Origin: an uncultured virus (IMG/VR IMGVR_UViG_3300038335_000131)
Lineage: Duplodnaviria > Heunggongvirae > Uroviricota > Caudoviricetes
DNA length: 64,000 bases
Direction: 5' to 3' (one strand)
Virus record (IMG/VR): IMGVR_UViG_3300038335_000131
Coordinates: 1 to 64,000 of that record
The position numbers and the translations under genes were made by a program. Within the stretch, counting starts at the first letter, position 1. Each line of letters starts with the position of its first letter. The notes under the pieces are model-generated. The model had not been told where the DNA came from and ran no database searches. It saw only the letters and a list, made by a program, of their open reading frames with translations. This document shows positions 1 through 11,700 of this stretch, in pieces.

Positions 1-579
1 TTAAAATTTATAACTTATTTCCAGTTGTCCTATGCCTTCGCCGCGACTATTTGCTTCGCCGTAAACTCCTAGATGAAAATTACCAACTCGCAAAAATTGC
101 CAACGTCCAAAAACGGTTGATCGCATTTCAAACTCGTCTGTGGAATAACCGACGCGGACACCCAACTCTTTCTTATTTTCAAAGCCAAAGAAGGATAATG
201 GCTCCTGCTTGGCGATAATCTCACTCATGCCGGTCGATGTATCCAATACCGAAATAACGCTCGTCTTGCCGTCGTATGGCTGAATCTCGGCAGTTGTTGT
301 GATCTGTTTATTTTTATCCGATTTAACCGGATCGTTAATTTTTAGCTTTTTAACCGCTTCGTCTTTATCCAGAACATCGATCGGGGCATGGACGGTTATT
401 TTTTTATGTTCTATTTTTATCGCCTTCTTAATCTCTTTGGCCGGGGCATACTCGCTTTGGGATATCGTCGGCTTATCAGCAAACCAACTATGAAACGCTG
501 ACGCCACAGCTAACAGCGCCACAATAAAAATGCCGGCTACGATTAACTTCATTGTTGTATTAAGCGTTTTCCAGGTCAT
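1..579 (-). CDS. Lysis-cassette membrane protein (spanin position); N-terminal TM, C-terminal amphipathic beta-strands ending YKF
   Basis: Directly downstream of endolysin; hydrophobic segment LIVAGIFIVALLAVA. Confidence 0.55.
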   Translation of the reverse strand: MTWKTLNTTMKLIVAGIFIVALLAVASAFHSWFADKPTISQSEYAPAKEIKKAIKIEHKKITVHAPIDVLDKDEAVKKLKINDPVKSDKNKQITTTAEIQPYDGKTSVISVLDTSTGMSEIIAKQEPLSFFGFENKKELGVRVGYSTDEFEMRSTVFGRWQFLRVGNFHLGVYGEANSRGEGIGQLEISYKF

Positions 580-588
580 AAAATCACC

Positions 589-1071
589 TTAAGCGTAAAA
601 CTCATGCGAACCTACCAAGGCGACCAGATTCATTGTATTTACCCACTTCGGGCAAGCCTTTGTTTTTCGCAATGCAGTTGTTAAATATTGTGTGGCGTGA
701 CTCTCAGCTATTCCCTTTGTCCGGGGAATTAGACCGGCCAACATATCACAGGCAATACGGTAGCATTCTCGAAGGTCCGTTGAATGAAGATATTTAGTTT
801 CCCAATCCTGGGCGATTAATTTAAGTGCGGGATAATTAGGATCGGCCGGAAGATAACAGGAAAATTGATAAGGCATTAAGCATACTTCCTGAATAGTGTC
901 GCCGTCCCAATCCCGATGATCAACACGCTCCAGGATAACTGAGCCAACGGCAATTTTACCTTCTTCACTTTCCCCTCTGGCCTCGCCATAAATAGTTAAG
1001 GCCATTAATTGTTTATCGTCCAAGTGGCCGAAGGTATTTAAAAGCAGTTCCTTGATGTCGATTGTTTTCAT
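589..1071 (-). CDS. Endolysin, SleB/Hydrolase_2 cell-wall hydrolase
   Basis: ALTIYGEARGES..GKIAVG.VI..RV, YQFSC and HEFY motifs; ATG at 1071 overlaps upstream stop (ATGA). Confidence 0.85.
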   Translation of the reverse strand: MKTIDIKELLLNTFGHLDDKQLMALTIYGEARGESEEGKIAVGSVILERVDHRDWDGDTIQEVCLMPYQFSCYLPADPNYPALKLIAQDWETKYLHSTDLRECYRIACDMLAGLIPRTKGIAESHATQYLTTALRKTKACPKWVNTMNLVALVGSHEFYA

Positions 1072-1388
1072 AGCCTGTCGCTCTCCCTTCTCTGCTGAGG
1101 CGGAGCTATGAAAATTTTCCCCGTTCTCGGTTTCGTACACGACTCGTTATTGCAAAGTATCTCATGTCCGTGATTATCAAACATAAAGAATATATCTTCT
1201 GTGGTCTTTTTAAGAGTGTCCGAAATGCCTTTAATAGATTTCTTAAGTTCGTTACGGTGGGATTCATCAAGAGCAGATTGCAGTTTCTCTTTCTTGTCCT
1301 CATTGCGATACTTTTGGGTTTGCTTATACCCGATATACAAGACAACAATCGCCATAACCACATTGATAATCTTAAAGAAAGTATCCAT
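1068..1388 (-). CDS. Putative holin / lysis membrane protein
   Basis: Single N-terminal TM; coupled to endolysin; AAGGGG SD. Confidence 0.5.
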   Translation of the reverse strand: MDTFFKIINVVMAIVVLYIGYKQTQKYRNEDKKEKLQSALDESHRNELKKSIKGISDTLKKTTEDIFFMFDNHGHEILCNNESCTKPRTGKIFIAPPQQRRESDRL

Positions 1389-1417
1389 AATTGACGTTTC
1401 CCCTTTTATATGTTAGT

Positions 1418-1487
1418 GGCTTTCGGGGCTTAGACGGATTCCCTTTTGTCCGTATCCCTGCTAGCACAGGGTAAACTAAGCCCTGCC
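1418..1487 (+). ncRNA. Candidate antisense structured RNA (three-way junction)
   Basis: CGGGGCTTAG(1424-1433)/CTAAGCCCTG(1476-1485) closing stem, ACGGAT/GTCCGT hairpin, CCCTG-CTAGCA-CAGGG hairpin; G-U pairs favour the + strand. Confidence 0.5.
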
Positions 1488-1491
1488 CTTT

Positions 1492-2556
1492 CTAATATCT
1501 GATAATGTAATTCACCGATAAATATGGGTTCATTACGCTTTGCGTCGCAGACAATGAGCTCGTAGTTGCGCCGTGATCATGTCCCTCTCCGCCGCCGACA
1601 ATACTTGATGTTACCGTATAAGTAGTGGCCGTTGCAGTGGTTGTTCCTAATTGTCCGCCGACGACTTCGGCTTGTGTCTCACCAACCTTCAAAGTGGTTG
1701 TATGGGAATGCGCGGGTATCTCGTCACTGGTTAAAACATGGTCTGCCGTAGTATGGGTGTGGGATAGATCAACGGTTTCCGTTCCTGCCGTATAGCCTGC
1801 CGCGGTTGCCGCGGCTACTCTTCCTGCCGCGCCTCCGCCCATATTGTCGGGACCTATTACTGAGCGTCCGCGTAAATCAGGCACATTAAAAGTAGTCGTG
1901 CCGTTGCCCGCTCCGAAAGTAGTTCCAATAATGGCAAATAAATCTGAGTAAGTCGTTCTGGAAACTGCTTGTCCGTAACACATAAGCCAACCGGAAGGAG
2001 CGGTAGATCCGCCATAAGGGACAATAACGCCGGTTGCAATAAAGAATTTAGGTGGGACTGCTGAATTTACAGGGGAGAATATGCCTATGCTGACCGCTGA
2101 TAGTCCTGAGTCCAAAGATCCGGAATCCCATGCCACCGTGACGGTCGTAACTGTCGGAGTTCCGCTTGCCGCTACCGTCGTTACCGTCCCGTAAATAGTA
2201 CCGGCTGTAACAACGGCCTTTACTCTTATTCCAACGGGGTAAGAAGAAGTTACGTTTCCCGTTGTGCTGAATTGAGTGGCTGATATATAGGTAAATGTTG
2301 CATTTTGAGTTATCCATTCTTCTGAATATGTCGTAGGGTAATAATCCAGGCTAACCCAATGAGACGTACCGTTGCCGATTTTAAGGCGTCCCGTATCTGT
2401 TTCGTAGGCCGGTTCACCCTGAGATAAAACCGGATTAGCCGATGTCCATGTTGCTGCTGTCCCGCGCCTCAATTGAATGGTGTTATAAACTGTTGCAGAA
2501 AATGATGTGCTTGCAAGTAGCAAGATCATTAAGATAATACTGAATACCCTTTTCAT
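1492..2556 (-). CDS. Tail fibre with Mtd-N-like domain and tail-collar domain; signal-peptide-like N-terminus
   Basis: IQLRRGTAATW..NPVL..GE..YETDTG.LKIGNG; GVIVPYGG..APSGWL.C.GQAVSRTTY..LFAIIGT.FG..FNVPDLRGR. Confidence 0.8.
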   Translation of the reverse strand: MKRVFSIILMILLLASTSFSATVYNTIQLRRGTAATWTSANPVLSQGEPAYETDTGRLKIGNGTSHWVSLDYYPTTYSEEWITQNATFTYISATQFSTTGNVTSSYPVGIRVKAVVTAGTIYGTVTTVAASGTPTVTTVTVAWDSGSLDSGLSAVSIGIFSPVNSAVPPKFFIATGVIVPYGGSTAPSGWLMCYGQAVSRTTYSDLFAIIGTTFGAGNGTTTFNVPDLRGRSVIGPDNMGGGAAGRVAAATAAGYTAGTETVDLSHTHTTADHVLTSDEIPAHSHTTTLKVGETQAEVVGGQLGTTTATATTYTVTSSIVGGGEGHDHGATTSSLSATQSVMNPYLSVNYIIRY

Positions 2557-2571
2557 GGTTCCTCCTTTTTA

Positions 2572-2610
2572 AACAAAAAGGCCGGCAAGGTATTTCTACC
2601 TGCCGACCTT
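2572..2610 (-). terminator. Rho-independent terminator-like hairpin just upstream of the tail-fibre RBS
   Basis: Minus strand GGTCGGCAGGTA-GAAA-TACCTTGCCGGCC-TTTTTGTTT. Confidence 0.6.
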
Positions 2611-2713
2611 CCTTGGCCATCCTAAACTTTGGTTAGTTGTTAAATTTTATTTCATGGTCTTGCCTCTTTTTTTCAAGTCTAATTTTTATAACTTTCAATT
2701 ATTTAGTGGCTGT

Positions 2714-2743
2714 ATTATAATATAAAGTTTTTATACATTGCAA
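2714..2743 (-). promoter_or_regulatory. Sigma70-like promoter
   Basis: TTGCAA-N18-TATAAT in AT-rich intergenic DNA. Confidence 0.5.
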
Positions 2744-2751
2744 GCCTTTTT

Positions 2752-5700
2752 TTAATCTCTCAGTATGGCCCTTTCGTTTTTTGACGGATGCGATAATTGT
2801 CGTCGCTGGCTTCTTAAGGAATCAGAGGTTATGCGCGGCACACCCCTCATATCTTTAGCGGCGGCGTTAAATTCCCTCGCATCTCTAATTATACTCTTAT
2901 ACTCGTCATTGTTTTTACGTCCCCCAATCATCCACGCGCGATATCTCTCGTAGATAGCACTACGTTTCTCGGCCATAGTTGCCTGTTCCCTGTGCCCTTC
3001 CCACGTCCTTTCAGATAAAATAGCCTGATCAGTAGATCGGAAACCTAAACCTCTGGTCACACTCGCGCCGATATCTGGCACAAAAGGTTTACCCTCTTCG
3101 TTCCATACGCGGCGATTATTGCGTGTCGTAACACCTTCTTTATTCTCTCTGAACGCCCTCACAATATTAGAAGCACCGGAAGGTAATAAATGTTCTGCCG
3201 CTTTCCCAAAATCTCCACGGCCCATATTCTCAATGGCTTCTTTCCCCTCTGTAAATACCCCGCCGATAGCTCCCGTAAGATCAATAAAGTTCTTCGGTAT
3301 GCCTATTCCAATGCTTAATGATCCGGATATATCAATCCCGGCCGCTCCGGTCAGTCCATGGCGCCCTATTTTTTCAGCATCCGCGCCCAGGTGTTCTCTT
3401 ATTATATCCCAAACCCACTTCTCCGGATCTTTATCTTCACCAAACAATGATCTTAATATTACTCCGGCGAAAGCGAAAAGAACGTCTTTAAAGGGAAGCG
3501 CTGCCGCTCCTGCTAGTATTAACGGAGAGAGGAAAGCAAACATAAGCGCTTTGATGTTATGTTTTTTGATGCCCAAATCATAGAGCATCTGTAAATAATT
3601 ATGCCCGAATTTAGAATATACATAAGCCATCTGGCCTATTTTCGCTGCGGGGTTTGTCCCTTGCGCCCACATCGGCATAGTGCTCTTGCCGTAAACGCCG
3701 TGCGCTTTATCGGAAGAAGTCTTTGCTGCTTCTGCTGCCTCAACGTGGCCCATGCCCTTCTTCCGTGCAAGTCTATAGGCCGCCAAAATTGTAGTGCCGC
3801 GATTCCACTTTTCCGATTTACCGAACATCCACATCGAGCCGTCCATCATCGAAGACCAAATCCGTGAATGAGTCTTTGACAATTCGCCCAAAGCTTCTCT
3901 TGTATATTGCGCGTCGTCCCAACCCTTCTTATGAACATCGTCAATAAAGGCCTGCTCGTCGGCATTGTGTAATTTTCTACCGGCCATTACCATACCGTAG
4001 TCTTTACCTGCCCGGGCCAGTTCGTTCATTACTCTGGCCATTGAACCATTTCCGCCCATAGCGTATTGGTGGATTGCCGACGGCGCTGTGGTCATTATAG
4101 CGGTCATATTGACAGCCAGAGACCGGAGATTGAAACCCAGGAATTTAAAGGTTGCAATACTCTTTGCAAGGCCTATTATCCGGTCGGAAGAGTCGGCGTT
4201 TCTAAGTTGCTCCTGAATATAGTCTTGTGCGACGGCAAAGGCTTTCGGGTCCTTAACCGGATCGATGCCGCCGATCTGCTGGCCCATTACCTTATCGCCC
4301 AGGAGTTCTTGCATGGCCATACGCGCGGTACGGGCTTTGGAAATCCCACCGGAAAGGTTATTAATATACTGTAAATGCCTTTGAATCGGATCTTCAACAA
4401 ATCCCCGGATAACTCCGCGCCCTCTGTGAATCATTGTGGACCGATAACCACGCGCTTTGATCGCGTTGGAAACTTCCCTTAGTATTTCTTCATTGAACTG
4501 AGCGGTCATATTATTTTTCAGTTCGCTCTTCTTACTCAGTTTTTCAAGGGCCGTATCAATCAATTTTGCCGTGGCCATGGCGTTTACGTCCTGATAAATC
4601 GTCTCAGGGATTCGCTCAATTTCTCCGACGTTAAATATCTTCCATCCCTCACGTTCTAACTTCTTGGAAAGTCTTTGCGCGGCCAGTTCTGAATTGCGGT
4701 GCTCCCTGTACCATTCCCTGTTTTCCTTCATGGGCCCATGCTCTTTATAGGCCTGAACCTTCCAGTTTCCCATTTCCCTGAGACGTGGAGCGTAGAAGCC
4801 TCTCCATTCTTCCATCATAGCAAGAGCGCCTTTGAGGGATTGCTTCATTTCGGAAAGGTCCGGCGTCTCGCCTTTGAAATGAGCTTCTTCGATTATCTCC
4901 GCAATCATGTTTCTTAGTTGTCTGGTCTGCAGGTCAAGGGCTTTATCGTAAGATTCTCTATAAAGTTTCCATACCCTGATAGTGTCGTCAGTGGCGCCCT
5001 CTTTCCGGATATGAGCCTCGAAGTCCGCTATCTGTTTTTCCAGAGGTTCTTTCAGGTTTCGTTTCCATGAGGTATCTCCCTCGTCAATGATATCCTGTAG
5101 GCGCTGATATTCCTTTGAAACTTTGCCGGTCATTCTCTCGGTTAGAGACAAACCTTTATTCTTAAGGGCTTTGGCCGCTTCCGTGACTGTGCTTTCCGGA
5201 GAGTCAACGTCGTCGGTCATATTCAGGTCGTTGAATGTTTCGTGATAGATTTCGTTCCGGTCGCGCATGAAGAGTTTGACGATATTACCTATTTGCGGAT
5301 GGTCAAACCATTCGGGAGATTTCAGCATGGTCTCTAGCCATGTCATATTTTTAGGCTTGAGTTTGTTAACTATGGTTTGAACAATAGCATCCGTCTCGTC
5401 TTTCAGGTAAAGATTGAGAACCTTCGGATCATTGGAGACGGGCGGATCGGTTTGGTTACGGAGCGCATACATCGGTTGCCCTTGATAAAGGACATCACGT
5501 TTCATAGTGGGAGTGATATCAAGGGAATGGACAATCGTTTCATCCTTGCTTGGATTATTTTTATCGTACCATTCTTCTGCCTCCCGTAAACTATTAAATG
5601 GTTCGTGAACACCTTCCATTGTTCTTGAATCTCGTACAACAACTTCTTGTTCTTCATTTTCGTCAGCCGCTACGTTTTCAGCATCAATGATCCATGCCGC

Positions 5701-8700
5701 TTCTTGATCATTTCTAGGGACTGTTTCTATTTTAATTTCCCCAACCTTCGCGCCCCATTTCTTCGCGTACTTATTCAGGAATGAGGGAATGATGGAATCA
5801 TAGAAGCCTTTCATCCCTTCGCCGCCGACTTTGAGGTCGAGGCCGGAAAGCTTTGTAAATTTACCATCACTTTCCATTATTTTTTGTGCAATCTCTTTGC
5901 CTACAACTTCGTCGAGTTGCTTGCCTTGAAACATTCCTTCGCTTTTAATGTTGCCGGTAGTAATATCTACATCGAATGACGGTTCGCCATGATTTTTAGT
6001 AACTACTTCTACGTGTCTAATATCATCGGGCGCATTTTTTTCCTTACTGTAATTAATTAAAAAAACTTCTCTACTTAAATCATATCTCTCAGCCTGCTGT
6101 TCTCCCGTTGTCCAGGCTAGTTTATCGTAACCGTTTTCCGCAGCGTACCTGAGCATACGTTTCATTACCAGTTCCGGCCAGGTCTTTGAGAAGGGGGCGG
6201 TGGGAATACCAGTCACTTGATTTTTTGCTACATATTGTATTGCTTCTTGTGACGTTTTAGCGGCAGACAATGGTGCGTATCCTATCCTATCGAGATGTTC
6301 ATTTACAACTGCCCATTCTCCTTGGAAAGATGGATTGATAGTTGCTTTCCATTTTGATGTATCAATTCCATATCCTTTCTTCCTACCTTCTTGGTGCCAA
6401 TCGCTCTGCACTTCTTCCAGAAACAGTACCTTATTTCCCTCGGCATCAACACGGTCATTCATTCGGATGTGAGCGAGAACGTTGGGTTCTTCCCAATGGG
6501 GGGATTTGTAAGCGTCGCCTAATTTGTCTCTGTTCCCGGCAACGGCAAGGATAGCATCACGTTCAGTTTTTGCTTCTTGGTCAACCTGCATGGGATTACC
6601 TTCTTCGTCAAAAACATCCCATGTACCATCTTCGTTCTTTTCCGCTTCCCATCCTTCTGGTATTTCAACTTTGCCCGGCAGCGTCAGCAACAACTCTCTG
6701 TAATTCTCTCCGCCGGGGAGTTGGTATGAAGAAAATTTTACATCTTCTATTGCTTCCCCATCATTAATTTCGGAATATCTGATCCCCATATCGTACAATT
6801 CAGGAGCTTCTTCTCTAACGGTTTCAGGTTCAACGAGTTCTCCGTTTCGGTCTGTTACCTCAATATCGCCGCCCATTTCCCTGCCGATTTCCCATCCTAC
6901 CGATTGGAACGCTGCTTCTATTCTTATCTTTTCGGCAAGAATATCTTGACCATTTTTCGTTATCTCTTGAATCTGTACCTGATTCTGTGCCAGATAATCA
7001 ACAACGTCCTTCTTACTGATTTTTCCGGTCTGCCCGTCTAACCATTCATTGAGCCCTGACCATTTCAGTTCATCGGTTTTGAATTCACCTTTATTCGCCC
7101 AAGCGGTGATCATGTTGCGGAATTGCTCAGGAGTTCCGGCGTTCGGCAGTTTTACCTCTACGACCTTTGATAGTTGAGAAAAGAAGGTATCTGCTATTGG
7201 TGGATTGACGTTATACCGCCCCGTCTCTACTCCCGGCTCGTCGTATATATCCCTTAAAGCTCCACTGATTGTCGGCTTCTCGTTATAGATTTCTCCGCTC
7301 TTAATATCCCGGATAACCCCTCTTGTGGTTCTACTAAAGAGATTCACCAGTTTATCAATGAAGTCCTGAATTCTGTTTATTATGCGTCGGATTGGTCCCA
7401 CTGGTGGAGAAGTTAAAGCGTCCGCAATAAAGTTAGCTCTATCTTCCGAGCCGCCTATATCGTCTTTGTTCTGAGTCTGAAACTTCCCTTCTCTTACGAG
7501 TCTCTTAATATGGCCTCTTAAAGCGGCAACGTCCAGAGGGCGGAGAATACCCAAATCTTCCATGAAATGAACTGATTCGTGGTAAAGTGTTTGTTTATCG
7601 GCCTGTCCTCGGACAAGTCTTATCTGCCCTTCGTTTCCTACTTTCAGGTATGCGCCTGCTATTTTCTCTGTAGGTTTAAGAGAAGAACGACTATAACCTA
7701 TATTCATTGTAATTTTATCAGGTTCAATATGATCAACATTCAGAATGGTAAGATATTTGCCGCCTGCTGTTTTAATCCATATCTTACCATCAGAAGTTTG
7801 AGTTACTTCCTGGCCTTTAAAAACGTCCTGAACTTCGGAAAGTGTGGGAAGTTGGAACGTGCCAGTTTCTCGAACAGCATACTGCTGGCCATTGAATAAG
7901 CGCCCCTGCCCGGACCGGATACTGTTAATAACTTTTTGTGCGAGTTTTATTTCCTGCGGATAGGCCTCGCCTTCGTGCCATTCGTTCCAAATGTCTTGCG
8001 CCATATCAAGTTTATCCTGGGCATTCTCAATATGTGCTTCGTCTTCCTGTGAAAGAATGGCCTCGTATCGTGCGAATTCTGCATATTTGAAGGCGATTGT
8101 ATCTTGGACCTGAACGGTTTCACTATCGGTTAATCGCTCATATCCTTTATTGAATAATTGTTGTGCTACTTCATTTGGATCATTGCCCTCTTCATCAAAC
8201 AAATCATGCTTGATCGCGTCTCGTTTGGCCTTTATCGTTTCAATGTCTTCGTCGATATCCACTTCCGGCGATTCGACGGTTTCATTGCGATGTTTTTTTG
8301 ATACCCAAACACCATCCGGGAATCTCGGACGATCCTTACTAATATATTTATTTCCGGTTGACGCCCGGCGCGCTCCTATTTCTTCCTCCGCTTTTTGAAC
8401 CTCAGTTAATACTTCCCGATAGCGGGTTTTCATCTTCTGTAATTTTTCTTCATCTTTGAATTGAAGAGACTTAAGAGTGTGTCTTGATATCTCGTCGGAT
8501 TGGTCCATGCGAGCAATATAGTTTGCGGCAAAATCGCGATGTTCTGCCATTTTATTACTTACATATTCAACATTCAAAAGATTCCATATATCTCTTTCAT
8601 CAAAAGATTTATCATGGTCAAGGCGTCTTAAAAACATTCCGTCAGCAGTAATCACATAATCCCATAACTGCACGGGGTTTTCTGCTTTTTTATCCGTCCA

Positions 8701-11700
8701 TCCGCTTTCAAGTTTTTTAATCTCAATCTCTGTATTTCCTAGTTGATATGTAAAGGATTCTCCTTCATCGAGTGCGTTAATTTCCTCCACTATTTTCAGA
8801 CCTGCCGCTATAACACCGGATTTATCGCTCTTGGCCAACTTGCTAGAATGGAAGTGTTTATTCGTTGGTTTCTTAATACCTTTGATGGCATCAGCAACTA
8901 TCTTAGTATTTTTCTCGTCTCCCCAAAATTTACTATACTCAACTTGCGCGGCATTATATTCATTAACGCTCATTTTACCAGAATGATAATCAGATTGGCT
9001 AGGCCTTTCAGGGGGAGTCAAGCCTTCTTTTTTAAATGCTTCTGCCGTTGCCGCATCGATTTCCGTATTATATTTTTTATTAACCAGTGCATTATACGCG
9101 GCAATCTCGTCGGCCTCTTTCTCAACAAGGGCTTTGGCATTATCTTTATATTTCTTCCCTTCAAAGGTAAATGTTGACTGGCCCCTAAGATCATCGATTA
9201 CTTTATCGCGCTTTTCTATTTCCTTCTGCGCCTCTATCCGGGCGTCTTTATTATAATCAAGGCTCTGCTGTGACGAACGCAACCGCGTGGCCGTCCTGTT
9301 CTTAATCGCCTCCAGTGTTTGAATATCGTTCTCTAACTGGAATTTTTCTTTAAATGCCGGGTTGCCGGTAGTCTCCGCCATAAACTCGGAATAACTGGCC
9401 GAATCGGTATTGACTTCTTCGACACTGCGCCGGCCGCTTCTGAAATCATCGAGCATACCGCCTTTTCTGGCGAGTATCTGCCACATAACCGCGTCGAATG
9501 TGTTGGCCGTGGAATAAGCAATTATCTCAACTTTAAATCCTGTAGGATCGATATAATAAAGTTTATTTCCCTGGCGGACGAGACGGCCTTCTCTCTGCTC
9601 AACATCCGACGGCCTCCATGGAGCGTCCATGTGATGAAGGGCGACAAGTCTCTCCTGAACATTCATCCCTGCGCCCATCTTCTGAGACGATCCGAGCAAT
9701 ACGCGAACCTGGCCAGAATTGACCATTGCAAACAAATCTTCCTTTTGCTGTTCGGTATTGGCACTATGGATGAATTTGATTTCGCCCTCTGGAATTCCCA
9801 TCATGATCAGTTTAGATTTCATTTCATCATAAACTGAAAATCCCGTGTCGGCGGTAGTTAAGTCTGCGGTGACATCATCCGTAACCTTTTCAAGATATTC
9901 TTCGATTTCTTCACGGCGTTTCATATATTGATCAGTTTCGGCCTGTGAATGATCGGTAATCGCTTCTATCTCCGCTTCAAGTCTGTTCCTGAGATATCCC
10001 CATTTTTCCTGATAAGTAGATAAGGAATCCAATATTGCCTTGGTTCGTGCATCATTTTCCAAATGCGCTTTATTTAATGCTTCTCTGATAAATACAGCGG
10101 CGTTTTTCTGTGCCGTACCTGCAGGAGTGGACAAATCGCAAAAAACTAACTGAGCGCCCCTGTCCTTTGCCGTTCTGTCGTAAATGTCTTTTATCTTTTT
10201 TGTTGCCCGGTTAATTTTATTGTTCGGGTTTTCTTTTGCCGTGGGATCAACCAGCCGAACATCAAGCGCCATCTTCCGGGCGTCGCTCATAATCCATAAG
10301 TGATTATCGATTTTTGGATCGTTCTTCCGGCCGAGTTCTTCCAGGCGTTCCGCTCTGGCGACAAGGTAATCAACATATTCAATCTGTTCCTGAGAAGGTT
10401 CTGCCACATCGAGGACGCGGCCACCGTCTTTGACTTTCGGTATCGGAAATTCTTCGCTTTCGTTTCCGCCGGTCCGGGCGTTTCTCTCTCTGATCTGCTC
10501 GGCGTAAATGCGTTTCAAATCCGGCATGGTCACGATATCGGCGAATTCCTCATATAATTGCAGGAGCTCAGGCAGGTTATTGAATGTCGCCATAACTGTC
10601 CGCTGCTTTAATTTCTGCGAGGCTGTATATTCAATTCTCGGTTCTATGCTGGCATAGGTATTCGCCCATGAGTCAAAGGCATCAATGCCTCTGGCGTAAA
10701 GGGCATCTCTGTTCATGTAGCGGAGAAGCGCATACATTTCGACGAGGGAATTGCTGATCGGCGTTCCAGTGGCAAAATTAAGCGCATAGTCCTTTTGGGC
10801 TGTAAGCCAGCGGATTTTTGCGTACATATCAAAGGCTCTCTTGGAGCCCATGGGATTACCCATGCCGGTAATGTTCTGCATGGCGCTCGAGTATTCAAGG
10901 TTCTTGAACTCGTGCGATTCATCAACGACTAAGTGATCAATCCCCATGCCTTCAAAGGTCGTGACATTATCCTTGGGCCGTCCGAGCAATTCAGTTATCT
11001 TCTCACGTTTTTTGGCGATTCTATTTGCCAATGTCTTAACCAGCCTCTTGTTGCCGTCGGCTTTCGCCTGCGCCTCGGCCTGTTCTAACTGCGCGATTTC
11101 TTCCATCATCAAATTGGTAATGGCTTCCGGCTCGAGCGGAATAAAGCCGAAAGAAGAATGCCCGACGATAACCGCGTCATATTTGCCTGTGGCGATTCGC
11201 GCGAAGAGCCGGCGGCGGTTTGGCTTTGAGAAGTCTTTCTTGGTTGCCGCGAGTATTCTCGCGCCAGGATAAAGGCGCACATAATCAGCCGCCCACTGGC
11301 CGACAAGATGATTCGGCACGGCGATCATAGCCTTGCGTGTCAATCCCATGCGTACCCGTTCCTGAACGCCGGTTATAATCGTATAGGTTTTACCGGCGCC
11401 TACGCAGTGATCAAGCAATACCCTTTTCGATTGAATGATCCTCCAAGCGGCGTCTCTTTGGGTATTACGTAAAATAACAGCCGGAGAAGCGCCTACGGTA
11501 TGAAGGAGCTTACCGTCGTTTTTCCTTTTCGCGTGAGTATTCTGCGTATCATTGTAAATCTTGTTTAATTCTTTTGCTCTTGTGTCGTCAGCGAATATCC
11601 AATCAAAGAATGTGCTTCTCACGTTCTTGACGATGGTCGCCAGTTCCGCGGTCTGTTCTTTGTTCTGGATGCGCTCGTCTCCCGTACCGTCCCAGGCGAT

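Noticed and set aside
1492..2556. Diversity-generating retroelement suggested by the Mtd-N-like domain
   Set aside because: No reverse transcriptase or adenine-variable TR/VR pair seen in the window; the C-terminus is collar-type.
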